A stretch of 64,000 nucleotides of DNA from Dehalococcoidia bacterium. Lineage in GTDB: Bacteria; Chloroflexota; Dehalococcoidia; Plut-88900. Below are positions 1 to 9,721 of the stretch, piece after piece. The notes under the pieces were generated by a model. The model did not search any database. It saw nothing but the letters and a program-made list of their open reading frames with translations, and had not been told where the DNA came from. Positions within the stretch are counted from its first letter, which is position 1. The number at the start of each line of letters is the position of its first letter. Location of the stretch: the NCBI GenBank assembly GCA_965207225.1, contig CBDBLV010000001.1, positions 96,001 to 160,000 on the forward strand, given 5' to 3'. Made by a program: the position numbers and the translations under genes.

Positions 1-375
1 GACGCCGACACCAACTCTGTAGCCGCCCTTTGCGCCCACATGTGCGGCGTCGTCCGGTGGTGGGTCCATCAGGGCCTCACCGGCAACGACGTCGGCCGCC
101 AGCGGGACACCGAGTTCGTCGCCCGCGTAGACGACAGCGGCAACATCAACTTCTGGGGCGCCCACAGGACCATCTCCGACGTAATCTCCGAGACCCGCGC
201 CATCTCCAGGGAAATCCTCGCCAACCTCGACCCTGCCGCTCTCACCCAACTGAGCGCCGTCGACACCCTCGGCCCCCGACTCAACCGCTGGGCCCTCGTC
301 CACACCATCGACGAACTATCCCAGCACATCGGCCACATGGAACTCACCATCCAGATGTGGAAGGCCCGGGCGTAA
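1..375 (+). CDS. DinB/DUF664-like protein, 5'-truncated by window edge
   Basis: Frame 1 is open from base 1 (DADTNSVAALCAHMCG...). NS..L..H, R.RD.EF and C-terminal H..DELSQHIGH motifs fit the DinB superfamily. Confidence 0.7.
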   Translation, partial: DADTNSVAALCAHMCGVVRWWVHQGLTGNDVGRQRDTEFVARVDDSGNINFWGAHRTISDVISETRAISREILANLDPAALTQLSAVDTLGPRLNRWALVHTIDELSQHIGHMELTIQMWKARA

Positions 376-433
376 GGCTCCGATTGACTGGCCGAAAATC
401 TGGTGCTAGATTTGTAGCCTGACCGTACCTCCC

Positions 434-509
434 GGCAACGTAGCTCAGTGGTTAGAGCGGGGTCTTCATAAGGCTTAGGTCGCTGGTTCGAATCCAGCCG
501 TTGCCACCA
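434..509 (+). tRNA. tRNA-Met (anticodon CAT), elongator type; Ile2 not excluded
   Basis: Acceptor stem GGCAACG/CGTTGCC, D-arm GCTC-AGTGGTTA-GAGC, anticodon loop TTCATAA, T-arm GCTGG-TTCGAAT-CCAGC, encoded ACCA end. The G1-C72 pair argues against initiator tRNA. Confidence 0.93.
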
Positions 510-698
510 TACTACTATCTCATCAACTTCTTTGCTCTCCTGCCCCCTGCTACCATATCCACCCAAGGCTGCAGCCTTAACTGGGCACCGTTGAGTGCTA
601 CGCGAACTGCCGAAATGTAACTGTTGTGCCAGTGTGCGAAGTGTGCTAGTATTTATGCACGCTCATAGCATGGTCAACTTTAGTAGGGAGTTGCTATC

Positions 699-1181
699 TT
701 GCAGGAATCTGAGTTGCCCCGAGGCAAGATCGAACTAACGCTAGGAAACACGAGATTCTCAGCCGAAGGAGAACAAGAGTGGCTAGATCAGCAATTGAGA
801 ATGTTTATCGATAGATTCGGCAATTCGAATGACAGCAGTTCAGACAACACTGCTCCACCCCATTCCATGGCGAAGCAAGAGGGAATGTCATTTGCCGAGT
901 CGCTCGCAAGTTATCTCCGCAAAAAGGGTGCTGAAGCGGTGCAGGTTCAACGATTCTTGGCTACTGCAGGATGGCTCTATCATCGTGGTGATAGATCTTT
1001 AACAACCAAAGCAATATCCAAGGCCCTTCAAGAGCATCAACAAAAAAGGCTGAGCAATCCGGCAGACTGCCTCAACCAAAATGTTGGAAGGGGGTTTTGC
1101 GAAAAGACCCCTTCAGGATTTTTCATAACGCCAGATGGCTGGACGCAACTTGGTGAAGAGGTGCCTGGTGCCTCCGCATAA
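699..1181 (+). CDS. Hypothetical protein with C-terminal winged-helix-like domain
   Basis: 160-aa ORF with AGGGAG RBS; AT-richer than flanking DNA; LTTKAISKAL...NPADCLNQNVGRGF...FFITPDG resembles a wHTH. Confidence 0.7.
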   Translation: MQESELPRGKIELTLGNTRFSAEGEQEWLDQQLRMFIDRFGNSNDSSSDNTAPPHSMAKQEGMSFAESLASYLRKKGAEAVQVQRFLATAGWLYHRGDRSLTTKAISKALQEHQQKRLSNPADCLNQNVGRGFCEKTPSGFFITPDGWTQLGEEVPGASA

Positions 1182-1938
1182 TCTGCTTGGATCATTGCCC
1201 GAAGATCTTAGGACACCACTATTGGAGGAATATCAAAGTATTATTCAATCCTATTCAGAGAACAGGTGGTTGCCATCTGAGTTAAGTGGTGGGAGATTCT
1301 GTGAGATTGTATTCACAATTGTCGAGGGATATGCAACTAGTAAGTATGCCATTAGTCCCGAAAAACCTCAGGACTTTGTTGCTGCTTGCCGTTCATTAGA
1401 GAAGAATACTCACGTCCCTCGTAGCTTTCAGATTCTGATCCCAAGACTCCTCTCCGCTCTGTTTGAGGTGCGAAACAATAGAGGAGTTGGTCATGTGGGT
1501 GGTGATGTCGACCCTAACTATACAGATGCAACCTTCGTAGTGACCAGTTGCAGTTGGGTGATGGGTGAACTAATTCGGGTATTTCACAATGTTTCAATTG
1601 AAGAGGCCCAGTCTTCGGTTGATAGTCTCGCTCAACGACGTATCCCGCTCATATGGGAAGGCCACGATACCCGTCGAGTCTTGCAACCCAATCTGCTTAT
1701 CCGTTCTCAGATTTTATTGTTACTGGCTACATCAAAGGGTTCTGTAAATACTTGTGACTTATTGAATTGGATTGAATGTAAGAATGTCCGTTACTTCAAG
1801 ACTCTATTGCGCAATATGCACAGTCAACGTCTAGTCGAACTTTACGATGACGGCAAGCATGTAGAGATACTACCTCCTGGTAGGAAAGAAGCTAGCGAAA
1901 TCATTCGCGATAGGACTGCCCAGTTACAAACTGCCTAG
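1135..1938 (+). CDS. Putative HEPN-like (Rx6H) domain + C-terminal wHTH protein; candidate toxin/defence effector (true start possibly GTG 1168)
   Basis: Motifs GGRFCE and EVRNNRGVGH; overlaps the upstream gene; same AT-richer composition. Confidence 0.6.
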   Translation: MAGRNLVKRCLVPPHNLLGSLPEDLRTPLLEEYQSIIQSYSENRWLPSELSGGRFCEIVFTIVEGYATSKYAISPEKPQDFVAACRSLEKNTHVPRSFQILIPRLLSALFEVRNNRGVGHVGGDVDPNYTDATFVVTSCSWVMGELIRVFHNVSIEEAQSSVDSLAQRRIPLIWEGHDTRRVLQPNLLIRSQILLLLATSKGSVNTCDLLNWIECKNVRYFKTLLRNMHSQRLVELYDDGKHVEILPPGRKEASEIIRDRTAQLQTA

Positions 1939-2064
1939 AGCCCTTCATCTGCCCTTTCGAATTGAGGCGAGTGTCGGCGTCTTAATGGGAGGTAGGAGAG
2001 CCTTGTATACCATGATTCAAAGGCCCCCACGTGACATCCGTCCCGCCCACCATTCTACCAACCT

Positions 2065-3219
2065 ATGACTAACCCAATCAAAACCCTCCCCCTCCTCATC
2101 CTCCCCCTAATCCTCATAATCGCCGCCTGCGGCGGTGAACCAGACACCTTCCGTATCGGCGTCATGGAGTCCCTCACCGGCGCCGGCGAGACCTATGGCA
2201 CCGTCGCCCACCAGTCCAAGCAGATGGCCCTCGACGAGATTAACGCCGCCGGCGGCATCAACGGCCGCATGCTGGAGTTCGTCGTCGAGGACTCCAAGTG
2301 CAACGCCGCCGACGCCATCACCGCCTACAACAAGCTCACCAACGTCGACGGCGTCAAGATCATCCTCGGCACCTCCTGCAGCAGCGCTATGCTCGGTGTT
2401 GCACCCCTCGCCGAGGCCGACGGCGTGGTCCTCTTCTCCGGCCTCGCCAGCAACCCCGACATCGCCCACGCTGGCGACTACATCTTCCGCACCCAGATCA
2501 GCGACATCGAGGTTGGCATCAACACCGGCAACACCCTCTGGGCCGACGGCATACGTCGCCTCGCCACCATCACCGAGGAGACCGACTACGCCGAGGGCGT
2601 CCGGCGCACCTCCGTTGAGCAGTTCGAGAAGAACGGTGGCCAGGTCGTCGCCTCCGAACGTTACGCCACCGATGTCACCGACTTCCGCACCCAACTCACC
2701 AAGCTCTTCGCCGCAAACCCCGACGCCCTACACATCGCTCCCCAGTCCGAGTTCGCTGCCGGGGCCATCATCAAGCAGGCCCGGGAGCTTGGCTACGAAG
2801 GCCCCATCTACGGTGAGACAGTGTCCGTCGGGACCACCGCCCAGGACATCGCCGGGGACGCCGCCACCGGCATGAAGGCCATCACCGCCGCCCCGGACCC
2901 CACCAACGCCAAGTCCCAGGAAGTCCTCGCCAACTTCCGGGAGCGCTACGAGTACATCACCCTACCCTGGCACCTCGGCTCCGCCTACGACAACGTCTAC
3001 ATAGCCGCCGAGTGCCTCAGGCAGACCGCCGACGACCAAGACGCCGATGGCTTCCGCGACTGCCTCTATGGCATCACCTGGAGCGGCGCCCTCGGCGACA
3101 ACTACAGCTTCGACGAAAACGGCGAGGTTGTCGGGCTATCCAGGGCCGTCGTCGAAGTCCTCCCCCCCGACCAAAGGACACCCGAGAACTTCGGCTACCA
3201 GGTCCTGACCGGCAACTAG
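2065..3219 (+). CDS. ABC transporter substrate-binding lipoprotein, branched-chain amino acid (LivK-like) family
   Basis: Lipobox IIAAC; motifs INAAGGINGR, EDSKC, GTSCSS, YIFRT. Confidence 0.9.
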   Translation: MTNPIKTLPLLILPLILIIAACGGEPDTFRIGVMESLTGAGETYGTVAHQSKQMALDEINAAGGINGRMLEFVVEDSKCNAADAITAYNKLTNVDGVKIILGTSCSSAMLGVAPLAEADGVVLFSGLASNPDIAHAGDYIFRTQISDIEVGINTGNTLWADGIRRLATITEETDYAEGVRRTSVEQFEKNGGQVVASERYATDVTDFRTQLTKLFAANPDALHIAPQSEFAAGAIIKQARELGYEGPIYGETVSVGTTAQDIAGDAATGMKAITAAPDPTNAKSQEVLANFRERYEYITLPWHLGSAYDNVYIAAECLRQTADDQDADGFRDCLYGITWSGALGDNYSFDENGEVVGLSRAVVEVLPPDQRTPENFGYQVLTGN

Positions 3220-3323
3220 CACATGCGGATTCGATGCGATATTCCTCCTCTACGAAACACATTACCGATGAATACAATTAACGTGACCACGCATAAGGCA
3301 ATGCCGGTCAAGGGTCTAGTGCC

Positions 3324-3548
3324 GTGAAGACCATCGAAACCGCCGACTTCAAGGACCAATGCCTAGCCCTGCTGGACAAACTGGATGCCGAAGGCTTGGT
3401 CATCACCAAAAACGGCATACCCGTGGCCCGGGTGCTTCCGTTTGAAGGCCCCCATGCACACCTTATCGGTAGCATGCGCCACAAAGTGACGGTAAAGGGA
3501 GACCTGTTATCCACTGGCGTCCCTTGGAATGCCAGCTCTCAACCGTGA
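3324..3548 (+). CDS. Phd/YefM-family antitoxin (orphan)
   Basis: MKTIETADFKDQCLALLD...LVITKNGIPVARV; clearly homologous to the antitoxin at 27341. Confidence 0.85.
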   Translation: MKTIETADFKDQCLALLDKLDAEGLVITKNGIPVARVLPFEGPHAHLIGSMRHKVTVKGDLLSTGVPWNASSQP

Positions 3549-4321
3549 CACCCGATTCCCGCAGACCAGCTCGTAGCTGTGCTTCCCGTCCCACAAGGAC
3601 CCGCGACCGGGTCTCCTTCGAAGGCACGACCATCGAGTACCGCGTCCGCCGTAGCCCTCGACGCAAGAAGACCATCGAGTTCTCCCTCACCCCTGACGGC
3701 CTCCTGGTCTCCGCCCCGGCTCGTGCTTCCTACGCCCTGATCCGCTCGGTCGTCCTTGATAGGGCGCCGAAACTTATCAAACTCCTGGCCGAATCACCTA
3801 ACGGCGGCCAACCCCTGGCCCTCGTCACCGGCGACGTTCTCCCCTATTTAGGTCGTAGCTACCCCCTGGTGGTGGAACCTGCCCAAATCGCCAGGCCCAA
3901 GATCGAACTGCACGCCGAGACCTTTCAAGTCTCCGTGCCCCCCGCCCTCGATGATGAAGAGCGTCGCGTCGTCCTACGCAAAGTCTTCGAGGCCTGGTAT
4001 CGCGCCCGGGCCCAGGACCACATCCCCCCTCTTGTCGACCAATGGTGGTCCCGCATGGGCCTCAGGAAGAAGTATCGGGTCATGGTCAGGACTCAGCGCA
4101 GCCAGTGGGGCAGCTGCGCCCCGGACGGGACCCTCCGTTTCAGCTGGCGCAATATGATGCTCCCCCCCGACGTTATCGAATACATCGTGGTCCACGAGCT
4201 GGCCCATCTGTCCGTGATGGGCCACTCCCCCGATTTCTGGGAGGTCGTAGCCCGGGCCCTCCCCGATGTCAAGCACCGCCGCAAGCTCCTCCGCGAAGCC
4301 GGCGCCTCCCTTCCCCTATGA
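3545..4321 (+). CDS. M48/SprT-like zinc metallopeptidase (YgjP/DUF45 family); start uncertain
   Basis: RRSPRRKKTI, QRSQWGSC and YIVVHELAHL...HSPDFW motifs. Confidence 0.88.
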   Translation: MTPDSRRPARSCASRPTRTRDRVSFEGTTIEYRVRRSPRRKKTIEFSLTPDGLLVSAPARASYALIRSVVLDRAPKLIKLLAESPNGGQPLALVTGDVLPYLGRSYPLVVEPAQIARPKIELHAETFQVSVPPALDDEERRVVLRKVFEAWYRARAQDHIPPLVDQWWSRMGLRKKYRVMVRTQRSQWGSCAPDGTLRFSWRNMMLPPDVIEYIVVHELAHLSVMGHSPDFWEVVARALPDVKHRRKLLREAGASLPL

Positions 4322-4370
4322 ACCTCCCCGTCGGCCCCTCCTCCGGCGCTATGGCATAATCTAAACAGCC

Positions 4371-5558
4371 ATGCTGCCGTTACGCCTCCCATTCCCACCC
4401 CCAACCCTGCTGGCGTTGGCCCTCCTTTTCAGCCTGCTGGCAGCATGTAGCTCAGACCCGACTCCCACCCCACCCCCAACCCCCACCTCTGCTCCAGCGC
4501 CAACCTCAACACCTGGCCCACTCCCCACCTCAACCCTTTCACCCGAGCCGTCGCCCATCCCCACCCCTACCCCCTGGCCCGACGGCATAGTGCAGCTCCC
4601 CCACGATGAGGGCATCCACGCCGCACCCCTGGAATGGTGGTACTTCAACGGCCACATTGCCGCGAAGGACGGCAAAGAGTTCAGTTTTCACTTCGTGACC
4701 TTTCAGTCAGTTCTCGAAGATGGCTTTACCCCTCGCATTGCGCATCTTTCCTGGGCCGACCACGAAAAGGGCCTCCACCTCGCCGCAGAGCAGCCCGACC
4801 TCCCCATCCTCGAAACCACCTCCGGCGAGTTCGACATCACCATAGCCGGCTGGCACATGAGCGGCGACGGTCAGGCCTACCAGCTCTCCTTCCAGGTCGG
4901 CGACTACGCCGTGGAGCTTGAAGCTGACGCCCGTAAACCCGCCGTCCTCCACGATGACACCGGCTTCGTCGACCTTAGTGTGGCTGGCAAGACCTTCTAC
5001 TACTCCCGAACCGACCTCGAGACCACCGGTACGGTCTCCATCTCCGGCGACTCCCTTCCCGTCACCGGCACCACATGGTTCGACCACCAGTGGGGCAACT
5101 TCAGCATCGCACCTATAGGCTGGGACTGGCTCAGCCTCAATTTGGATGACGGCTCCGACCTCATGGTCTCGGTCGTCTGGGACCAGGAAGACCGGTCGCA
5201 TATCGCCACTTACGGCACCTACGTCCCCCCCGACTCCGACCCAGTACACCTCCCCGCCCCCGACGTCTCCCTCGAACCCACTGGTTCCTGGACAAGCCCC
5301 GACACCGGCGGCGAATACCCCATGGGCTGGAAACTCAACGTCGACTCCCTTGGCCTTGCTCTTATCCTGGCCCCCGTGATAGAGCGCTCCGAATTCAACA
5401 TCAGCCAGTTCATTCCCGTAATCTACTGGGAGGGTGCCGTTTCGGCATCGGGCGCCAGAGAGGGCTCTCCCGTGTCCGGCAAAGGCTTCGTCGAGATGGT
5501 CGGCTATGTACCCTCGGTGCCCATAGCCCCGCCCCCAACCCCCACCCCCGAGTCCTAG
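4371..5558 (+). CDS. Lipocalin-like/AttH (CrtC-like) hydratase-family lipoprotein
   Basis: Lipobox LLAAC, Pro/Thr linker, then EWWYFNG, YYSRT, WFDHQWG, GWDWL, YWEG and GFVEMVGY motifs. Confidence 0.85.
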   Translation: MLPLRLPFPPPTLLALALLFSLLAACSSDPTPTPPPTPTSAPAPTSTPGPLPTSTLSPEPSPIPTPTPWPDGIVQLPHDEGIHAAPLEWWYFNGHIAAKDGKEFSFHFVTFQSVLEDGFTPRIAHLSWADHEKGLHLAAEQPDLPILETTSGEFDITIAGWHMSGDGQAYQLSFQVGDYAVELEADARKPAVLHDDTGFVDLSVAGKTFYYSRTDLETTGTVSISGDSLPVTGTTWFDHQWGNFSIAPIGWDWLSLNLDDGSDLMVSVVWDQEDRSHIATYGTYVPPDSDPVHLPAPDVSLEPTGSWTSPDTGGEYPMGWKLNVDSLGLALILAPVIERSEFNISQFIPVIYWEGAVSASGAREGSPVSGKGFVEMVGYVPSVPIAPPPTPTPES

Positions 5559-5627
5559 CTGCACTCTAGCCGTCCGGCCCTATACCCTGTATCCTTCCGA
5601 CCTAACTCGTCCACGGGGGATGCGGCA

Positions 5628-8174
5628 ATGCACAATGAGCTAACGATGAATGAAGCAAATTCACCCTCGTCCCGACTCCGTGCTCTGGCCATCGCGGGCG
5701 CTATTGCTGCCCTCATTGCCGTCGCACTTATCGGCGTTGCCCTCATCGCTTCAGGCCCCGACACCCTCCTTGCCCAGCAAGACCCTGATTGCCTCGTCAC
5801 CGACCTCGGGACTCTGACGTCAGACACTGAGCTGCAGGCCAGCGGACGCTGGACCACCGATGACTGCGACTCGCGTTTTCGCACCGATAGCGATGCTCAT
5901 ACCTTCCGCTTTGAAGTCACGGAAGCCGGCAGAGTCCGCATCAATCTCAACTCCGCGGACGCAGATTCATTCCTTTATCTCATGACCGAAGACGGCGTCC
6001 GCATAACTGAAAACGACGACGGAGGGGCAGGCGTCGACGCCCGTATTGAGCGCACTCTCGCCCCGGGCATTTACCTCGTTGAAGCAACCACCGTCGGGGG
6101 CCGCGCCCGCGGCCCTGCCAACTTCTCCCTCTCCGTCAGCTACGTCGAAGGCTGTGACATCATCGACTTGGGAGCCCTACTCTCGGGCGCCGACCTCACC
6201 GCCTCCGGCTCCTGGAACATCGACACCTGTGGCTCCCGCTTCGTCGAGGCCCACCCGGCCTACGGATACTCCTTCACCCTCCCCCAGGCCGGCACAGTGC
6301 GCGTCGACCTCGAGTCCGAGGAAGGCGACCCCGTCCTATCCATGGCTTCGGCCACCGGGAATGTCATTGGCGCCAACGACGATGGCGGCGGCGGCCGGAA
6401 CGCCCGCATTGAACAATTCCTGCAGCCCGGGGTATATCTGATTGAGGCTACGACCTACCTGGAGCGCGACCTTCAGCCCCTGTCCGCAGATTTTAACCTG
6501 ACCATCCACCTCGTCTCCGAGGAGGAAAAACAGGGTAGGGTGCTCATCAAGGTCGAGGCCACCGGCGTGCCCGAACAAGCGATAGCGGGGGAGCCTCTCA
6601 CCGTTAACTATCGCGTCGGCAACCTGGGCGGCGGTAACTTGGCCGATGTTGGCGGAAACGCCATCGTCTACGTCGTCGGGCCCCGGGTCTTTGAAAGGAC
6701 CGACGCAATTGATGCTTCCGAGGACATCTGGCAGGCCGGTGGGTCTCATCATTCCAGCGAGGATCTGGCCACTGCTGCTAGCACCTCCATCGAAGAATTG
6801 ACCCCCCTGGAGGTGACTTTCCGCGAATCCGGGCCATCCTGGGTATTCGTCGCAGTCATCGCCGACGATGAGGATGAGAACGAGGTAAGCTGGCACGGCG
6901 TCTGGCACAATCTCATGGTCCTCAGCGGGCCGACCTTTGACTCGGTCCCGGTGAGGGTGGGCAGTTCTATTTACGAAGTCTCTGCAGCGGCAGATGAGGA
7001 GGGAGAGGTCGCCAACTCTGTAACTCCCGTATCCAACCCTGGTGCCGAAGTGGATGAGGACACCGAGGCCAAGGCGGTCTACGCCGCGGGAGTTCGAATG
7101 CGGATGCTGGACGGTATCTTCGAACGAGAGGCCATCTCCGAATTGTCGGTTGGCTTTGCCCGGAAGATGTTGACCCTGGAGGGTCCATCGTCCGATTCTC
7201 TACTCAAGGCATTCACTGAGCAATACACTGCCGCCATTGCCGATTCCGGCCTGAACGAGGGTTTTGCCGCTGGCGAGGCTATCAACCCCGCCATGATCGA
7301 AGAAATGCTTATCGACTCAGCGGACTTGGCATCTGCCCATTATTCCTCCATGGCCTCTTACTGGATGTCTCATCAGATATGGGCTGAGCATGGCAGGGCG
7401 CTCCTGTTCACGGAGGCGATTACCCTTCATTCCCACCTTAACTACGCCGAGGCTGCGATCGCACCCACGGTCAAAGCCGGTCAGATAGTGCGTGCCGCCC
7501 GTGACGCGCAGCTCGGGTGGGAAGCCCCTGATGTCCAGGAAATGTTTGAAGAACTTGACGGGCAGGCAACCTGCGGCAGTACGAAGAACGCCCTGCGCAG
7601 CGCCCTACATGCTGCGGGGGTGGAGGACGTTGACGGAATGCTGGACCTCGACGCAGAAATGCGCTCCGTCCTACCTGTATTCGGCCTGACCATCGACAGT
7701 GTGCTTTGTTCCATGGATGCTGTTGACAATGACATCTCGGGTTTCTTAAGGCTGTTCTCAATAGCCGGCAACGATGCACTGCAGGAATTGCTGTTCCCAG
7801 AGCCACCAGCCACAGCTACTCCACACCAGTTGCGTATCATTGCCCGACTAGGCGCTGACGGCCGGATAGAACACGGCGTCGAGACATCCGGCGGCGAGCA
7901 GGTGCTGCCCGACGCCAGACACATGCCAGCCGACGCTACTGTCGGCCAGTGGCTGCTCAGCAGTGACGTAGAGATAGAGGATACCCTGATAGGCCAGATT
8001 CGCACCCGACGCCTCTCCGACGGTCGTGTCGAAATAAGTTTCCTCGCCGCCACCGGCCAGATCATCACCCCCGACATCCGTTTCCTGGCCTCGGACATCC
8101 CAACCGGTGTCTGGCTTCGCACCAGCGAGATAGAAGTCCCGCGAGTGACCGAAAGTATGGGCCAACTGGAATAG
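5628..8174 (+). CDS. Secreted/surface protein with two PPC (pre-peptidase C-terminal)-like domains and a duplicated C-terminal domain
   Basis: N-terminal hydrophobic signal; two copies of NDDGG.G..ARIE..L.PG.YL.EATT. Confidence 0.75.
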   Translation: MHNELTMNEANSPSSRLRALAIAGAIAALIAVALIGVALIASGPDTLLAQQDPDCLVTDLGTLTSDTELQASGRWTTDDCDSRFRTDSDAHTFRFEVTEAGRVRINLNSADADSFLYLMTEDGVRITENDDGGAGVDARIERTLAPGIYLVEATTVGGRARGPANFSLSVSYVEGCDIIDLGALLSGADLTASGSWNIDTCGSRFVEAHPAYGYSFTLPQAGTVRVDLESEEGDPVLSMASATGNVIGANDDGGGGRNARIEQFLQPGVYLIEATTYLERDLQPLSADFNLTIHLVSEEEKQGRVLIKVEATGVPEQAIAGEPLTVNYRVGNLGGGNLADVGGNAIVYVVGPRVFERTDAIDASEDIWQAGGSHHSSEDLATAASTSIEELTPLEVTFRESGPSWVFVAVIADDEDENEVSWHGVWHNLMVLSGPTFDSVPVRVGSSIYEVSAAADEEGEVANSVTPVSNPGAEVDEDTEAKAVYAAGVRMRMLDGIFEREAISELSVGFARKMLTLEGPSSDSLLKAFTEQYTAAIADSGLNEGFAAGEAINPAMIEEMLIDSADLASAHYSSMASYWMSHQIWAEHGRALLFTEAITLHSHLNYAEAAIAPTVKAGQIVRAARDAQLGWEAPDVQEMFEELDGQATCGSTKNALRSALHAAGVEDVDGMLDLDAEMRSVLPVFGLTIDSVLCSMDAVDNDISGFLRLFSIAGNDALQELLFPEPPATATPHQLRIIARLGADGRIEHGVETSGGEQVLPDARHMPADATVGQWLLSSDVEIEDTLIGQIRTRRLSDGRVEISFLAATGQIITPDIRFLASDIPTGVWLRTSEIEVPRVTESMGQLE

Positions 8175-8212
8175 CCGGGAGTCCAAGCCCAAATAGTCCT
8201 GCCGCCAAAAGC

Positions 8213-8245
8213 AAAGCCACCGGGGGAGGATCCCCCGGCGGCTTT
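8213..8245. terminator. Intrinsic terminator between convergent genes
   Basis: AAAGCCACCGGGGGA-GGA-TCCCCCGGCGGCTTT hairpin between the gene ends at 8174(+) and 8278(-). Confidence 0.7.
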
Positions 8246-8277
8246 CTCACTTCTAAGCAGGTTTGGAAAGCTGCCCT

Positions 8278-8940
8278 CTATGCGCTCGGGTCTTTCACCG
8301 TCCGCAGGTAGGGCTTCACCGTTTCCCAGCCGTCTGGGAAGAGCTCCTTGGCCGCATCGTTGTTCACCGCGGGAACTATTATCACGTCCTCACCCTGGTT
8401 CCAGTTGGCCGGCGTCGCAACCTTGTGATTCGCCGTCAGCTGGCAGGAGTCGATGACCCGAAGTAGCTCGTCGAAGTTCCGACCCGTGCTCATCGGGTAG
8501 GTCAGGCTCATCTTAATCTTCTTGTCCGGCCCGACCAGGAACACCGTTCGGACCGTGGCGTTGGTGGCCGCCGTCCTGCCCTCGGAAGAGTCCCCTTCGT
8601 CCGCAGGCAGCATGTCGTAGAGCTTGGCTACCTTCAGGTCCTCGTCGGCGATGATGGGGAAATTCAGCGCTGTCCCGGCCAGGTCTTCTATGTCTGATGC
8701 CCAACGCTGGTGGTCTTCCACTTTGTCGACGCTCAGGCCCATGACCTTGCAGCCGCGTTTCTCGAACTCGCCCTTCACGCTTGCCACGTGGCCCAGCTCG
8801 GTCGCACAGACCGGCGTAAAGTCCTTTGGATGCGAAAAGAGCATTGCCCAGCCGTCGCCGATCCACTCGTGAAAGTTGACCGTGCCTTCACTGGTCTTTG
8901 CCGTAAAGTCCGGGGCCGTATCGTTGATGCGAAGTGCCAT
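8278..8940 (-). CDS. 1-Cys peroxiredoxin (Prx6 family)
   Basis: FSHPKDFTPVCATE, YPMSTGRNFDE and TPANW motifs. Confidence 0.95.
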   Translation of the reverse strand: MALRINDTAPDFTAKTSEGTVNFHEWIGDGWAMLFSHPKDFTPVCATELGHVASVKGEFEKRGCKVMGLSVDKVEDHQRWASDIEDLAGTALNFPIIADEDLKVAKLYDMLPADEGDSSEGRTAATNATVRTVFLVGPDKKIKMSLTYPMSTGRNFDELLRVIDSCQLTANHKVATPANWNQGEDVIIVPAVNNDAAKELFPDGWETVKPYLRTVKDPSA

Positions 8941-9088
8941 AATTTCCCCCTCTCTTTCAAATTTCAGTTGATGGCGCTCTCCCGCCTCAACCGCTTGGGT
9001 CAGCTATGCGACTCGCGTCCGAAACTTTAACAGAACTTACCCGCAAGGGATAGGCCGCTGCGATAGAGGCCCCCAACCCCCGCTTCAG

Positions 9089-9559
9089 CTATCCGCTCTC
9101 TGACTTCGCGTCCTTTGTCGAGGCGTCGGCCCACATGTGGCAACCCGTCACACCCATGGTTATCGGCAGCAGAGTGTCCACCACTGCCCATATCACCCAC
9201 CTCTGGTGGTTGCCGCTAGCATCGGGACCGCCCAGGTTGTCCGCTCCCAACCCCAGCAGTGCAAACCAGTTGTGCAGGAACAGTATTGTAATGCCGGCAG
9301 TGAGGTAGAAGAGCAGGTTGACCTCCAGGTATCTCCGGCTCACCGGCTCCCCCGCATCCCGTCCCCCCTCCCGACGCTTCCTGTCGTAGTTGAACAGCAG
9401 GGCAAAGCCCAGCGCTATCACCATCAGGATGTCCAGGATCTCCCAGACGCTCAGCGAATCGAAGTCGTCGGGCAGGAATCCACCGATAATGAAATATACG
9501 GCGACTGCTACCGCCAAACCGACTAGGTACACCGCGACCAGTTTCTTTATTGCTTCCAT
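9089..9559 (-). CDS. Hypothetical integral membrane protein (about 4 TM)
   Basis: 156-aa ORF with GGAGG RBS and four hydrophobic segments. Confidence 0.7.
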   Translation of the reverse strand: MEAIKKLVAVYLVGLAVAVAVYFIIGGFLPDDFDSLSVWEILDILMVIALGFALLFNYDRKRREGGRDAGEPVSRRYLEVNLLFYLTAGITILFLHNWFALLGLGADNLGGPDASGNHQRWVIWAVVDTLLPITMGVTGCHMWADASTKDAKSESG

Positions 9560-9721
9560 GAGCCCTCCATTCCCCGTTTCTCGACCGATCTCCTCACACT
9601 ATAGCGGCATCTTTGCCGTTCTCCCACCCCCATAGCGCCTTTCCTCAGCGGGGCTACTGTTCAGGCATGATAGAATCTGATACATCTTGATGATAGTCGC
9701 GGTCGCCACCGAAACGGCAAG

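Noticed and set aside
1940-2060. Possible attR copy of the tRNA 3' end bounding the low-GC cassette
   Set aside because: Only weak similarity (ATCCGTCCCGCCCACCAT versus ATCCAGCCGTTGCCACCAT) and no integrase; not supportable.
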